From: Octopus sinensis
Lineage: Eukaryota
Length of the DNA stretch: 64,000 nucleotides
NCBI RefSeq assembly: GCF_006345805.1
Contig: NC_043018.1
Coordinates: 12,028,001 to 12,092,000 of the forward strand
Reading direction: 5' to 3'
The notes beneath the pieces were generated by a model, which searched no databases, was not told where the DNA came from, and saw nothing but the letters and a program-made list of their open reading frames with translations. The position numbers and the translations under genes were made by a program. Shown here piece by piece: positions 50,594 through 63,755 of this stretch. Each line of letters begins with the position of its first letter. The stretch's first letter is position 1.

Positions 50594-50897
50594 TCATCAT
50601 CATCGTTTAACGTCCGTTTTCCGTGCTAGCACGGGTTGGACAGTTTGACCGGGGCCTGGGAAGCCAGGAGCCTGCACCAGGCTCCAGTTTGATCTGGCAG
50701 TGTTTTTACAGGTGGATGCCCTTCCTAACGCCAACCACTCTGTGAGTATAGTGGGTGGTTTTTTCGTGCCGCCGGCACAGGTGCCAGGGGCACTGACAGC
50801 GGCCACGATCGGTTGGTGCTTTTTACGTGCCACCGGCACAGAAGCCAGTCTAGGCGGTGCTGCAATCGGCCACGTTCGGACAGTGCTTTTTACGTGC
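50594..50897 (-). mobile_element. RTE LINE 3' UTR fragment
   Basis: (CAT)n plus the reverse complement of the RTE terminus. Confidence 0.85.
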
Positions 50898-50995
50898 TGA
50901 AAGGAAGCAACAGAAAGTAACAACCACACTCTTACCCGCGCATAGAGCGGGTGACCTTAAACTAGTATGTGTGTGTGTGTGTATACATATATATG

Positions 50996-51036
<41 letters not shown>

Positions 51037-51043
51037 TATATAG

Positions 51044-51343
51044 TGGAGGCACATGCCTAGTGGTTAGAGCAGCAGACTCGCGGTCGAGGGATCGCGGGTT
51101 CGAATCTCAGACCAGGCGATGTGCGTGTTTATGAGCGAAAACACCTAAGTTCCACGTGGCTCCGGCAGAAGGTAATGGCAAACTTCTGATGACTCTTTAG
51201 CCACAACTTTCTCTCACTCTTTCCTCCTGCCTCTTGCAGCTCACCTGCGACGGACTGGCGTCCCGTCCAGGTGGGGAACCTATACGCACAAGAAACCGGG
51301 AAACCAGCCCTTATGAGCCAGGTATGGCTCGAGAAGGAAACAA
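51044..51343 (+). mobile_element. tRNA-Arg-derived SINE, family B, full length
   Basis: ggaggcacatgcctagtggttagagcagcagactcgcggtcgagggatcgcgggttcgaatc head; inserted in (TA)n. Confidence 0.88.
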
Positions 51344-51792
51344 CATATATATATATATATATATATAAAAATCTATATAAATATATATTTTATGTGTTAA
51401 TATAATCTCTGTATTTTGATAAGCATATAGATGCTTGTGAATGAATGTATATTTATACTTATATATTTATATGTATGGTTTTAGATGAGTATATATTCTT
51501 TATGTATGCACTCAAATGTGTATGTATATATATTTGGGAGTGTATGCAAATGTATATATGTGGGTATATGTTATATGCGTGCATATGGTAAGCACGCGTG
51601 ATTATATATTGATGTTTAGGGTGTATTATGGATATGCACATATATACACATATATACATATGTGTATGTGTGTAGTAATATTTATCTAAACGTATTTAAT
51701 AGTACTATAAATGTATATTAATGGCTTTAATATTACATAATCTTTTTAATATTGATTATATTGATAACTTAATTTCTTTTTTTATTATCATA

Positions 51793-52186
51793 CAAGCAGT
51801 AATCGCCCGGAGTTGCTCGGGTTTATTTCAACCCTTTAGAATTGTAATTTTTGAAAAGTAAAAATTTTACATCATGTAGCTTGTTATTCTCTTTAAGTGA
51901 ACATTTTTCTGGTTGAAATACACCGAAAAATGGTGACACAGCAGTGAAAAAATCGTAAAAAATAGGGATTTTCATAGAAAAAAAGCACCTTTTTGATGTA
52001 AATAATTTTTGGTGTTAACATGGTCCGATTTGAATTTTTTCTTCTACGGAAGGAAGAGCAAGCCTTCTTCTATCATTCTTCCAATTTTGGTCAACTTGCG
52101 CCGCAGGGTCTCGGAGGAGATTGTGTTAATTGAAGGCTACCAACACCTGCCACACACAGACAACTTCAGCTTTATAGAGAGAGAGA
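51793..52186 (-). mobile_element. Non-autonomous Helitron
   Basis: Minus strand starts tctctataaagctgaagttgtc and ends acccgagcaactccgggcgattactgcttg|t, similar to the 3' end of 22575-22956. Confidence 0.65.
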
Positions 52187-52468
52187 AGAGATTACTTATT
52201 CATTATTCAGTTACTTCAACTGTTTTTCTTGTTTTGACAATCAAATCTATGCTAAGTTATAACTACAAAATAAATAAACATATATATAAATATTTCTTTC
52301 AAAACTCTTTACATAAATAAAGTATTTAATAACAATCTCCCCTCTGACTTTAACTAGACTTGTCGTTGATACGCGCCCATATATATTTTTTTTTTATAAG
52401 CAGTTCATTTACAACGATATAAGTGTCCGTCTTTCAGAAATAAAATATATCTTAGTTTTCAGTTAGGC

Positions 52469-54455
52469 CAGGGGTTCCCAACCTTTTTGCCGTTTTCGAC
52501 CACTTTCCCACATACAAAAGTTCCCAGTCATTTCTAGGATGCAAATCTAAAGCATATTCAGAGCGGTTGCTTAAAAGATGAAATATTGCAAAATGGGCAT
52601 TCGGAGTTGAAACGTTTATTCAGAAGAATGAAGTTTTTGATTGCTAAATGTTTCTCAGTGAAATAAAATTGAAAAATGATATTAAATGTTCGACAAACTC
52701 ACCATGCTCAGCTTGCAGTGTGATCCTTGAGGCTGATGCGAAGCAGACACATTTCGTTGCGAATTTGTCGATTTTAATGGCAAGTCTCCTCGTTTGGCTC
52801 CATCCAGTCCGCTTCTGCTTTTAGACTGAGACCAGATTCGACTTTGTACGACGTTGGGAAGGCAAGCATTAATTTCAAATGCTTCCATGGGTTCGTGTAA
52901 GAATTCAATATACTTTGACGACACCACAAGCCTTCTTTGCCATGAAACCGATATCGCATTGTGGCCCCATAATCATTTCGCAATTCAATTAGCTCTTCGC
53001 AATGGACTGCTTGGACTTCAAACGGTTTGCTTAACCAATTTGGAATATTCAATGTAATAACATCTTGAAATCGCTCCATCATGCCATCATGCAATGATTG
53101 TGGATAGTCACGATAGGTAACGATATCCTCATCAACCAATTCATCTTTCAAAGAATCCAGTTGTGGAAATTGATGCAATCGACGTTTGGAAATGTTTATT
53201 TTATACAGGACCGATTTCGAAATGAAGACGGTGATAAATGATTTACAGTCGACAAGAGTTTTTGCTTTCCTTGCAACAACTTAATCGAGTCATTAAATTT
53301 AGTGAATATATCGCTCAGAAAAAAAACTATCGCGCTTTGCAGCAATCAATGAAGCCGACAGAGGAGTACTTTCAAAGAAAAATATGATCACATGAAACAG
53401 TTCAACAAAGCGAACAACACAGTCATCGTACTTTGACAGCCATCTTAGTTCGGTATGGTAGAGAAGCCTTACAAAGTCACCAAGATCATCCAGACATAGT
53501 TGACGGAAAATTCGGTCAAACAAGGAATTTCAGTTTATTCAGAGTTTTGGTCACCAACTGCAACGCATCATTCAACCAGCCATTGATATTTTTTGCCACT
53601 AAATGTTATTGGTATATCACACAATGAACTGTTAAAATCTGTTGAGAAATTTCATGCTTTAGGAGAGATGAAAAACCCTCTGAATCTTCCAACCATGGAA
53701 GGGGCGCCATCAGACGCATAGGCAATAATATTGGTCAGTGGGATATGATGTTCAGATAGGAAACGCTTAAGCCATTGGAAATAGACGTAACTTTGAATCG
53801 AGCAGCAAGTTCTCTGTGACAATGGTTGGTCTTTTTTTTTTTTTTTTGTCGGAATGCTTGGAATCAAAATGATAATTCAACCGTGGATGTTTCATAGCTT
53901 CATTGCTCAAAGTTTGCTGGCATAGAAGATACATGGATAATTGGCAGTTCTGAAGAGAAGCAATAAATCCATATGATAAATAATTAATGCTGTATTGGCG
54001 ACAAGTTTTCTTTGCTGGCGCCATCAGGAAAGTTAAAATTCGAAAAAAAGAACTCATAGAAGCGGAATCAGCAAAGGCAGAAATTCCCGACGCACGCGGA
54101 TGTGTGTGCGTCAGATGCAAGTGTAGTGACGTGGTTAATGGGTCTGGTCACTACTTCTAATCTGATCTGAGAATAGCCCTTAAAAGGACTTATCGCATAC
54201 GATGAGGACGAACGGACGAAGGTAGAAGTGAAAGGACGAGCGGACAAGAGATATAGTTCGTTCAGTGATTTCTTCCATACATGAAGCGGCAATACCTAAG
54301 TACAAGGAGTGTGTGAGAAGCAGAAGGGAGAAACGACGGCATGCAAGCTTAGTTTAGACGAGGGAAAACATAATTTACAAAAATCCTTTATCGCCCACCA
54401 TTTCCTAAAAATTCGTTCATCGATAATTGAAATCGCCCTCGGTTGGGAAACCCTG
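52469..54455 (-). mobile_element. hAT Buster/Charlie-type DNA transposon with both TIRs, degenerate transposase
   Basis: TIRs caggggttcccaacc (52469) and ggttgggaaaccctg (54441-54455); decayed 8-bp TSD agttaggc/agttggat. RQYS..YLSYGF, SNEAMK, SDGAPSMVGR, LLYHTELRWLS, FPTSYKVESG. Confidence 0.9.
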
Positions 54456-55139
54456 AGTTGGATCAATTTAAGTTATGTAGAAATGCTATCTATTTAAAAA
54501 AAAAAATATTTGGTTTACAAGTACACCGACACGAAAAAATTTGACCTTCTTTGTTTTGAAATTTTTTCAGTGAATTCCTATGTGTTCGATGACGGAGATT
54601 CTGAATATGCCAAAATCCATATTTTCAAAATTTTCGATTCCTCCTCCCCCACCCCAAATTTTTTAATTTCAACTTTTTTTTTCAATCTTCGTGGAAAAAT
54701 ATGGAGATTAAGATTATGGAAAAACGAAAATAATTAATTTCAAATTTTCTATGAGGAAACTCCAAAATTGATTCATACACCCCTCACTACCCCATCCCAC
54801 TGTCTAAAAGGGAAAATGAACAGCTTGCAAATATGAAAGGCTACTAAATGTGAGGGAGCTGTCCTAATGTGAACATAAGTGAGGGTCCAATCATTCCAAT
54901 TAAGAATATGAAGACTTTAGAAGCCCTTTGTCCATCAGGAATTACTTCTGAAGGATACAGCCTAATTTTGGGGGTGAGGTGGGGAATTTCGGAAAGTTCA
55001 CCGGAGTCCACTTCAATTCATCTTAACTTTCAAGAAAATGTATATTTTTTAATGAAATTCTCTACAAATATGGACTTGTTCAGAAACACCCACGTGTGGG
55101 GAACAGCTCTCAGAAATAGTCCCCAATTGTTTTCCCCCA

Positions 55140-56612
55140 CAAGCGTGGTGGGTTCTTTCTATCGCACCAACTTTCTTCCTGTTTTCAATTCTGCCTTAAC
55201 AACTGTGTCACTCCAGAGCACTGGAAAATTGCCTATGTCATTCCCCTGTTCAAAAAAGGTGATTGCACACCACCTGTCAACCACCACCAATTCAACTTTA
55301 TTCGCTGCATCACCAAACTGATGGAGTCCTGTGTCAGAGAAACACTCTGGAACTTTTGGAGCTCTCACAGCCTTATTCGACCCTCACAATTTGGTTTTAT
55401 CCCCAACTCCAGCTGCTGTAGTCAACTCCTTGAGGATATTGCCTGAGTTACTGATGGCAGCTCATGGGTGGATGCTGTCTACCTTGTTTTTGCTAAAGCC
55501 TTCAACTCTGTACCACACAAACGACTTATGGTAAAGCTCTGTGCAGTGCGTGTGAAGGATAAACTCTATAACTAGCTGAAGTCCTTCATTCTCGGTCGGA
55601 AAGAGGTAGTTACGGTTCTAGGACGTCATTCTTCACCCTATGAGATGACTTCAGGTGTACCACAGGGATATGTTCTTGGACCCTTACTGTTTGCTGCATA
55701 TATTAATAATATAGATGTCAATTTGAGGAATGTTACAGTGCTGACATTTGCAGATGACATCAAGTTGAAATAAAAAGAACAGATCCTATGCGCAATAGAT
55801 CTTTCCTGCAACCAGACCAGGATCCAATGCATCAGTGGATCTCTCACTGGCAACTCAAGCTGGCTGTGGATAAGTGCATCACCTTGCATTTTGGGAGGAA
55901 AAAATCCAGCCTTTACATACTCCTTCAGCAACACCAATCTCAAGAAGTCTTCTAGTGGATGCGATCTGGGCATTATTGTAAACATTGACCTGCATTGCAC
56001 AAATCACATCTCTAAGATTATCAAGAAGGCTGAGGGGGTGCTAGCATCACTCAGTAAGACCTTTATCAACTGCTCTCCAGCTATCTATTTAAAATTGTAT
56101 ATGACAATGGTACATCCACACTCGGAAATTGCATCACCAGTCTGGAACCCCTATCTTGCTTAGCATATAACTCTCCAGGAAACTGTTCAGAAACATGCAA
56201 CAAAATGAAAACCTGCTATCAGACATCTACCATACTCTGAACGTCTTGCTTCCCTGGGTAGGGACACATTGAAGCCCAGACGTCTGGCAACTGATTTGGT
56301 TGACACCCACAAGATTATCCACCATCTTTCCAACAACAATCTTGGGCACCTTTTTGAATTCCATGACAAACACTTGCAGACATGCTTATAAAATGAAAAA
56401 ACAACACAGTGCCCATGACTTTTAGAAGCATTTTTTCATACTCAGAATTGCTGAAGCCTGGAATAAGCAACCGACATCAGTTGTTGGCTGTTGAGACATT
56501 ACATGCCACAAAGATTCCATACCTCCTGAAATCCACCAACAGTACACCTAAAGGCCTTTTCTTTTTTCATAGTTGTGGTGCACCTGAGCACTGTATACAA
56601 CAATTTCCTTCA
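55140..56612 (+). mobile_element. CR1/L2-group LINE, degenerate RT and 3' end
   Basis: VIPLFKKGD, FAKAFNSVPHKRL, SGVPQGYVLGPLLF..YIN, FADDIKL, SPVWNP. Same 3' end as 29470-30183. Confidence 0.9.
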
Positions 56613-56614
56613 TC

Positions 56615-56664
<50 letters not shown>

Positions 56665-57439
56665 CGCACATACATACATACATACATGTGTGTGTGTGTT
56701 GACTTTCTGTGCAAAATTTTATGGTTGTTAGTCAATGTAATGTCACCCTCCGCCAATTCTGTTCCCACTCAGTGGTACCCCACATAGTGTTCAATATGTG
56801 GTGCAAGACTTTCTCTCTTTTCTATCTAGTTCTCTGTCCTTCTCGTCTCTCCTCTTGTACACAAAACCTTCCCCATCTATTTCTATCTGCTGCCTTCCAT
56901 TTCTTCCTTTGTCCATCTCTGTCAACTACCTACTGTCTAATCTTTATTCCATTTTTTCTCTGCACTCCTTCTGTCTTTGTACTTGCTCTTCTCCAAACTT
57001 CTCCACTCCACTCTGTCTCTCTTTCTTTTTTGGTACCAAAAGACCATCCAATTTTTTATCACTCATCTTTTTTCTACTTGACCAGTGCATAGGTAAGACA
57101 TGTATTTTGTTTCATCTCCTGCCCAGCACTCACTCAAAACCCCAGGTTTACCTTTTCACTTTTCATTCTTTCCTTTCCTTCTATTTTTCTTCCCTTCTAT
57201 CCCATCTTTCTATCCTTCTCTTGAGCCTTCTCATTGTACCTCTGGAACACAAGCACCACTGTTTTCTTCCTTTTTTGTTAGTTTTCGTCATGTAGTGTCC
57301 CACATTTTGAAATACTTGCAGTTTATATTTTTACTGCTTATGTTTGTTCTGCTTGATACATTTCCAAAATTAAAGTTTAATATGCAAAATATACTTCACA
57401 TTATTATATATACTATGCATTAATGCAAAAAATATTGTG

Positions 57440-57927
57440 TTTATTGGCTATCTTCAAAATGATCACACCATCAATGGAAAATTTCAATACCAACTTCCTA
57501 AGGCAGTTATGAAAGGCTATCAAGACCAAACACCCAGAAAAACTGATTAATGGGGTCTTGTTTCATTAGGAGAATGCTTCAGCACACAAGTCCTTGCTTT
57601 CAATGGTTGCTGTGTATGACTGGCTTTGATCTGGTTGATCCCGCTCCTTATGTTAGTGATTTGGTTCCATCTGGTTATCATCTGTTCCCCAACATAGAAA
57701 AACACTCAGCTGGACACCAGTATCTCTGTGATGATGACACCTTATCTGCTGTTGATGACCATTTTGACCAACAGAATAGCTTCTTCACCAGTGTGATCCA
57801 AGCGCTGCAACTACTTATGGAAGTGTGTGAATAGTAAGAGGAACTATGTTAAAAAAATGAACTTCATTCGGTCACATTCCATCAGAGTGTTTTGCTCAAC
57901 TTATGAACATTCCAGCTGACCCTCATA
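57440..57927 (+). mobile_element. mariner (DD34D) transposase 3' remnant with right TIR
   Basis: FH.ENASAH, PY.SDLVPSGYHLFP (YSPDLAPSDY motif); ends in ccagctgaccctca|ta. Confidence 0.75.
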
Positions 57928-58123
57928 ATAATAAAGATTATTATTATACCTGCATTTGTTTTAATGTTAACACTGAAAAAAAAATTTGGACCTGGGTTTG
58001 CACCCCCTTAGCAAATTTTGTTGCTGCGCCACTGTAGGAAGGGCATTCAACCATAGAGAATCTGCCACAACAAATTTCCATCAAACTTATAGAAGTATGG
58101 AAATGTGGACCTTAAAATATATA

Positions 58124-58506
58124 TTCTTTTACTTGTTTCAGTCATTTGACTGTGGTCATGCTGGAGTACTGCCTTTAGTCAAAGAGATCGACACAAGGAT
58201 ATTTTCTTTGTAAACCTAGTATTTATTCCTTCAGTCTCTTTTGCTGACCCACTAAGTTACGGGGATGTAAACACACCAACATCGGTTGCCAAGAGATGGT
58301 GGGGGGACAAGCACAAACACTCACACACACATATATATATATTACGGATTTCTTTCAGTTTCCATCTACCAAATCCACTCACAAGGCTTTGGTTGGCCCA
58401 AGACTATAATAGAAGACACATGTCCAAGGTGCCATGCAGTGGGACTGAACTCAGAACCATGTGGTTGGGAAGCAAGCTTCTTACCACATAGCCACTACTG
58501 CATATA

Positions 58507-58537
<31 letters not shown>

Positions 58538-58760
58538 GGAAGTGTGTGTATGTGTTTCTGTTTGTGTTTGTTCCTCACCCCTTCACAACTGGTGTTAGTT
58601 TCTTTACATCCCATAAATTAGCAGTTCAGCGAAACAGACTGATAGAATAAGTAGAAGACTTTAAGAAGATAAATACTGAGATGAATTTATTTGACCAAAC
58701 CTTTGCAAGGTGGTGCCCCAGCATGACTGCAGTCCACAGACTGTAACAAGTCAAACAAAT
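58124..58760. mobile_element. Two family A SINE copies (58124-58496 minus; 58540-58760 plus, partial)
   Basis: Similarity to 59841-60205. Confidence 0.75.
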
Positions 58761-58789
58761 ACTAAAGGACGTGTGATGGCTGGGAAACA

Positions 58790-59146
58790 CAAGTGAAGAG
58801 GAGATATGTAGATGCAACAGAAGACACCTTCAAGTCTAGACTCAACAACCATAAGTCCTCTTTTAACATTCAGAAGAACTGTTATTTTACAACATTGGTG
58901 AGAGATTTATGAATATTGAAAGAAAATGCTGCACAATATAACATCAACTGGAGTGTGTTGCAAAAATGCAGACCTTTCCTCGTCAGCAGTATGAGGTGCA
59001 AATGTTGCTTAGAGGAGAAAAGGATTATAATGTGGAATTTCTTCTGCTCAGGGAACTGTCTGAACTCTAAAAGCGAAATATTTACCTCTTGTCCTCATAA
59101 ATGGAAATATATATCAACCAACTGGTCAGTCCCATTTAAGCAGTAA
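58790..59146 (+). mobile_element. Penelope-like element GIY-YIG endonuclease remnant
   Basis: YVDATEDTFKSRLNNHKSSF..LKE...YNINWSVL..C..CLEEK..I...LNSKSEIFTSCPHK matches the PLE YIG.T..TFK.R..NH..SF...CxxC..EK...LN...E....CxH pattern. Confidence 0.8.
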
Positions 59147-59258
59147 GGGCTAGTTTTTGTCTTGTTAGAAGTCATTTCAGCATAAAAAGGGTTGGTGCTA
59201 CTTTAGTGTGTGATCTACCACTGGATCTGTAGTCTACACAGTGAAATAACCTGAATTC

Positions 59259-59352
59259 GGTTAGGATTTAGAGTAAGGGCTAAAGTGTAGAGTTATAGTT
59301 AGGGTTTAAAGTTATGGTTAAGGTTAAGGTTTAGGATTTGAGTTAGGGTTAG
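59259..59352 (+). repeat. Degenerate TTAGGG-like hexamer array
   Basis: ggttaggatttagagtaagggc...gttagggtttaaagttatggttaaggttaaggtttaggatttgagttagggttag. Confidence 0.7.
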
Positions 59353-59840
59353 ATGGCACACTAGGTAGACCAGATGCTAGTGTCACCAAAAAGTTTTATC
59401 TCCTTCATGTCCACTACATACTCCCATATATGTACGCACCCACATATCTCTCTTTCTCCTGTGTTCTCTCTACCTTGTCCTTACTCTCTCTTCGTTCCAC
59501 ATTATTACAGATAAAAAAAAAATAATGGCCGGCATTTACCCTCGAATGGTGACGTGCAGGACAATTAGAGATCAATCCAAGGGACACAACTCTAACGGGC
59601 TTTAGAGCTAGCTTGTTTTCTCCTTTTTGTGTTTTTCCATTTGTCTATTTGTCTCAGGGTTTTTTTCTATTTGTCTTTTTGCGTCACTTCTGAAATTTAT
59701 TGACAGAATAGTGTTTTGAGACATTCGGTAAAAACCATCCCAATCTATACTCTTCCACTCAACCTTAGAAGGTTTTTTTAATGCAAAAACATTTGGGAAT
59801 ATGAAATGGATGTTATGAAACTAAATTTATAAAACTTTAC

Positions 59841-60205
59841 AGGTGCAGGAGTGGCTGTGTGGTAAGTAGCTTGCTAACCAACCACATGGTTCCAGGTTCA
59901 GTCCCACTGCGTGGCATCTTGGGCAAGTATCTTCTGCTATAGCCTCGGGCCGACTAATGCCTTGTGAGTGGATTTGGGAGACAGAAACTGAAAGAAGCCT
60001 GTCGTATATATGTATATATATATATATGTGTGTTTGTGTGTCTGTATTTGTCCCCCTAGCATTGCTTGACAACCGATGCTGGTGTGTTTACATCCCCGTC
60101 ACTTCGGCAAAAAGAGACCAATAGAATAAGTACTGGGGTTGATTTGCTCGACTAAAGGCGGTGCTCCAGTATGGCCGCAGTCAAATGACTGAAACAAGTA
60201 AAAGA
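59841..60205 (+). mobile_element. tRNA-derived SINE, family A, full length
   Basis: aggtgcaggagtggctgtgtggtaag...ggttcagtccc head through tgactgaaacaagtaaaaga. Confidence 0.88.
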
Positions 60206-60686
60206 AGAAAGGAAAGAAAAGAATATATATAAATAATGTGTGTGTGAAGTCACAGCACAGAGGAAAGTGTAGTGAGATTACATGAAGAGTACTGTGAGTT
60301 ATTTTGAGGAGACTGAGGCAACTGAAGCAGGAGATGAGAAAAGCTAAAGAAGGAAAGAGTCAGCATCACGACCTCAATCTGACCAAATGGAAACTGAAAG
60401 AAGCCTGTTCTGTATATATATATGTGTGTGTGTGTGTGTTTGTATTTGTCCCCCACCATAGCTTGACAACTAGTTTTGGTGTGCTTTCATCCCTGTAACA
60501 AAGCAGTTTGGCGAAAAAAGAAAAAACCCAATAGAATATGTACTTGGTTTTTAAAACTAGTAATTACTCAGATCACTTCATTTAACTAAAAGTTTTGCAA
60601 GGCAATACTCCAGCATGACTGCAATCTAATGCCTAAAACAAGTGAAAGATAAACGATATATATGTATGTGTGTGTGTGTGTGTGTG

Positions 60687-60928
60687 TGGAGGCGCAATGG
60701 CCCAGTGGTTAGGGCAGCGGACTTGCGGTTGTAGGATCGCGGTTTCGATTCCCAGACCGGGCCCTGTGAGTGTTTATTGAGTGAAAACACTTAAAGCTCT
60801 ACGAGGCTTTCTTCTGTTGACCTGCTCACTTAGCCAGCAGGGTGGCATCATTTGAAGGCTAAAACAATGCGAAGCGCATTGTGACCAGCGATGTGTAGCA
60901 ACGTCTGATAGCCTGGGTGATCACAGTG
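60687..60928 (+). mobile_element. tRNA-derived SINE, family B head with a different tail
   Basis: ggaggcgcaatggcccagtggttagggcagcggact...ggtttcgattccc. Confidence 0.8.
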
Positions 60929-60965
<37 letters not shown>

Positions 60966-60994
60966 CTTATATATATATATATCATATATGTTTG

Positions 60995-62828
60995 TCATCA
61001 TCATCGTCGTTTAACGTCTGCTTTCAATGCTGGTATGGGTTGGACGATTTGGCTGCGCCAGACTCCAATCCGATCTGGCAACGTTTTTACAGCTAGATAC
61101 CCTTCCACCACAACTCCAAGAGTGTAGTGGGTGCTTTTTATGTGCCACTGGCACAGGAGCCAGTCAAGCGGTACTGGCAACAACCATGCTCGAATGGTGC
61201 TTTTTATGTGCCACCAGCATGGGACCAGTCAGCTGGCACTGGTATCAACCATGCTCAAATGGTGCTTTTTACATGCCACTGGCATGGGAGCCAGTCAGGC
61301 AGCACTGGTAACCATAACGCTCGAATGATGCTATGGGTGCCAAGCAAGTAGTACTGTGCCAAGCAAGTAGTACTGTCAACAACTTCACTTGCTTCAACAG
61401 GTCTTCGCAGTGTATTGCCCAGTGATTGAAGTGTACTCTGAAATGAGCTGGTTATGCTGCACTGGTATAGGTCACGAGGTTATGGTCTCATTTGGCTTGC
61501 TGGGTCTTCTCAAGCACAGCATATCTCCAAACGTCTCAGTTACTTGTCATTGCCTTGATGAAGCCCAACGTTTGAAGGTCATGCTTCACCATCTCATCCC
61601 AAGTCTTCCTGGGTCTACCTCTTCCACAGGTTCCCTCTACTGCTAGGGTGTAACACTTTTTCACACAGCTGTCCTCATCCATACGCAACATATAATCATA
61701 CCAGCGCAGTCGTCTCTCTTGCACACCACATCTGATGCTTCTTAGGTCCAACTTTTCTCTCATGGACACTGACATTACACATCCAGCGGAGCATACTAGC
61801 TTCATTCCTTGTGAGCTTATGCATGTCCTCAGCAGCCACGGCCCATGTTTAACTTCTGTGTAGCATGCATTATACAGTCTACCTTTTACTCTGAGCAAAA
61901 GACCCTTTGTCACCAGCAGAAGTAGGAGCTCTCTGAACTTTGCTCAGGCTATTCTTATTCTAGCAGCTACACTCTCAGAGCATCCACCCCCGTTACTGAC
62001 TTGGTCACCTACGTAATGGAAGCTATCAACTTCTAGTTCTTTCCCTGGCATGTGACGGAAGCTGTTCTCTGCACATTTTCAGTGTTCGTTACCCCTCAGC
62101 ATTTTCCACACAATAAACTATATTCCCCGTTAAACTTTCTATGATACTGCTGCACCTCTTATGTGTCCATAGCTTACACCAGATACATCTTATGGAGTTT
62201 CTATCTCCACCTTTTCTTCAGATCGAGCAGGGTCATCTACCTGAAGAGATTTGTGAGTTGTCTACCTTTGTAGTTATTAAGACTTTGGTTTTTGCTAAGT
62301 TGACTCTAAGGTCCTTTAATTCTAGACCTTGCTTCCACACCTGAAACTTCTCTAGTTCTGATATTGACTTAGCTATTAGAGCAAGGTCATTAGCATAGAT
62401 CTCCCAGGGGCATCCAGTCTTGAATTCCTCTGTTATTGCCTGGAGGACTATAATGAATAAGAGGGGGCTGAGGACTGATCCTTGGTGGATCCCTACCCCT
62501 ACCTGGAATTCTTCTCTATACTTGTTGCCAACCCCCACCTTACTGACAGCATACCTGTACATGGCTTGTACAGCTCTCACTAACCACTCATCTATCCCTA
62601 GTTTCCACATTGAGCACCAGATAAGGGATCGAGGGACCCTGTCAAAGGCTTTCTCCATGTCAACAAAAGCCAAGTACAGAGGTTTATCTTTGGCTAGGCT
62701 GTCTTACCAAAAATATAACAACAGTGGTGCTTCTTGCTGGCACAAACTCAAACTGCATCTTGTCTAAACTAACTTTCCTTAAATAGTTGGGCTATGGCCC
62801 TCTCTGTGATTTTCATAACCTGATCCAA
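60995..62828 (-). mobile_element. RTE-clade LINE, 5'-truncated
   Basis: ORF 62233-62673 (FVDMEKAFDRVP, GIHQGSVLSP, YANDL), ORF 61536-61913 (RLRWY, GRGRPRKTW), 3' UTR and (CAT)n. Confidence 0.93.
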
Positions 62829-62974
62829 TACACATACACACAGACAAAGAGAAAAACAAAAATATGGATTTTAAATCTGGGAAAGTACTTTATGATCATT
62901 ATAATAAAATGAAAAGCATTTTCTTCATAGAAAATGCTTTCTAATAAATATATTTTGAAGATTGTTTTTTATCT

Positions 62975-63245
62975 TTTTCTTGTTTCAGTCATTTGGACTT
63001 ATGGCCATGTTGGGGCATCGCCTTTTAGTTGAACAAATCAACCACCACAGATTATTTTTTTAAAACCTGATACTTATTCTATCAGTTTCTTTTGCCAAAC
63101 CACTATGTTACAGGGATGTAAACATAAACACACCAACATCGGTTGTCAAGTGATGGTGAGGGAGAAACACAGACACAAAACATAGATATATATGTATATC
63201 TTTATACAACAGGCTTCTTTCAGTTTCTTTCTACCAAATCCACTT
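62975..63245 (-). mobile_element. tRNA-derived SINE, family A, 3' part
   Basis: Reverse complement of the family A body. Confidence 0.75.
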
Positions 63246-63544
63246 TGGTTGTCTGTACATGCCATCACTTTTCTAACGCCATAAGACTATTTGTTGATGG
63301 GATGACATACGAGGTCAGCATGAAGAGACATCCGCACTTCCTAGAATTGTCGTGAGACAAAGAGTAAAAGTACATGAGGCAGGGGGGGGGAGAGGGAGAG
63401 AGAAAAATTCAAAGTGGTAGAGAATTCGGTGAGGGAAAGATGAAAAAGAAAAGAAAAAAAAGATAAAAAGAAAGAAGAAAATTTAAAAGGAACAAAAAAA
63501 AATAGGCGCACAGGAGCTCAGCAAAGGTAAGAAATAAAGTAATG

Positions 63545-63755
63545 ATCCACGAGTAAGAACGCACTTAGTTATTTCCCTTGATCTCTGTCCGTTTCCCTAA
63601 TTTGCCACCAGTCGTCATGTGGAAGAATGGCGCCATTTACGAAAGTTATTTTATTGAGGAAGATGAAGAAGAAGTTGGCTGAGTTGGTGACATCGTGAGA
63701 GATCTGTCAGGTTGTGATATAGCTGTATGAAAGACAGCTACACATACTGGTGAGT
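63545..63755 (+). promoter_or_regulatory. Candidate promoter / first exon with palindromic YY1-type site and splice donor
   Basis: Non-repetitive and locally CpG-retaining; AATGGCGCCATT at 63626-63637; G|GTGAGT donor at 63749/63750; GGGCGG near 63982. Confidence 0.35.

Larger units (their letters stand above)
48381..50965 (+). mobile_element. Non-autonomous Helitron with nested insertions
   Basis: A|TC start (tctctatttataaaactgaaatg), hairpin acccgc-gcataga-gcgggt at 50934-50952, CTAG|T end. Pairing of the two ends is inferred. Confidence 0.6.

Noticed and set aside
51044-51120. tRNA-Arg-like sequence (also 7760-7831, 60687-60760)
   Set aside because: Continues into a shared SINE body and lacks a proper acceptor stem; a SINE head, not a tRNA gene.
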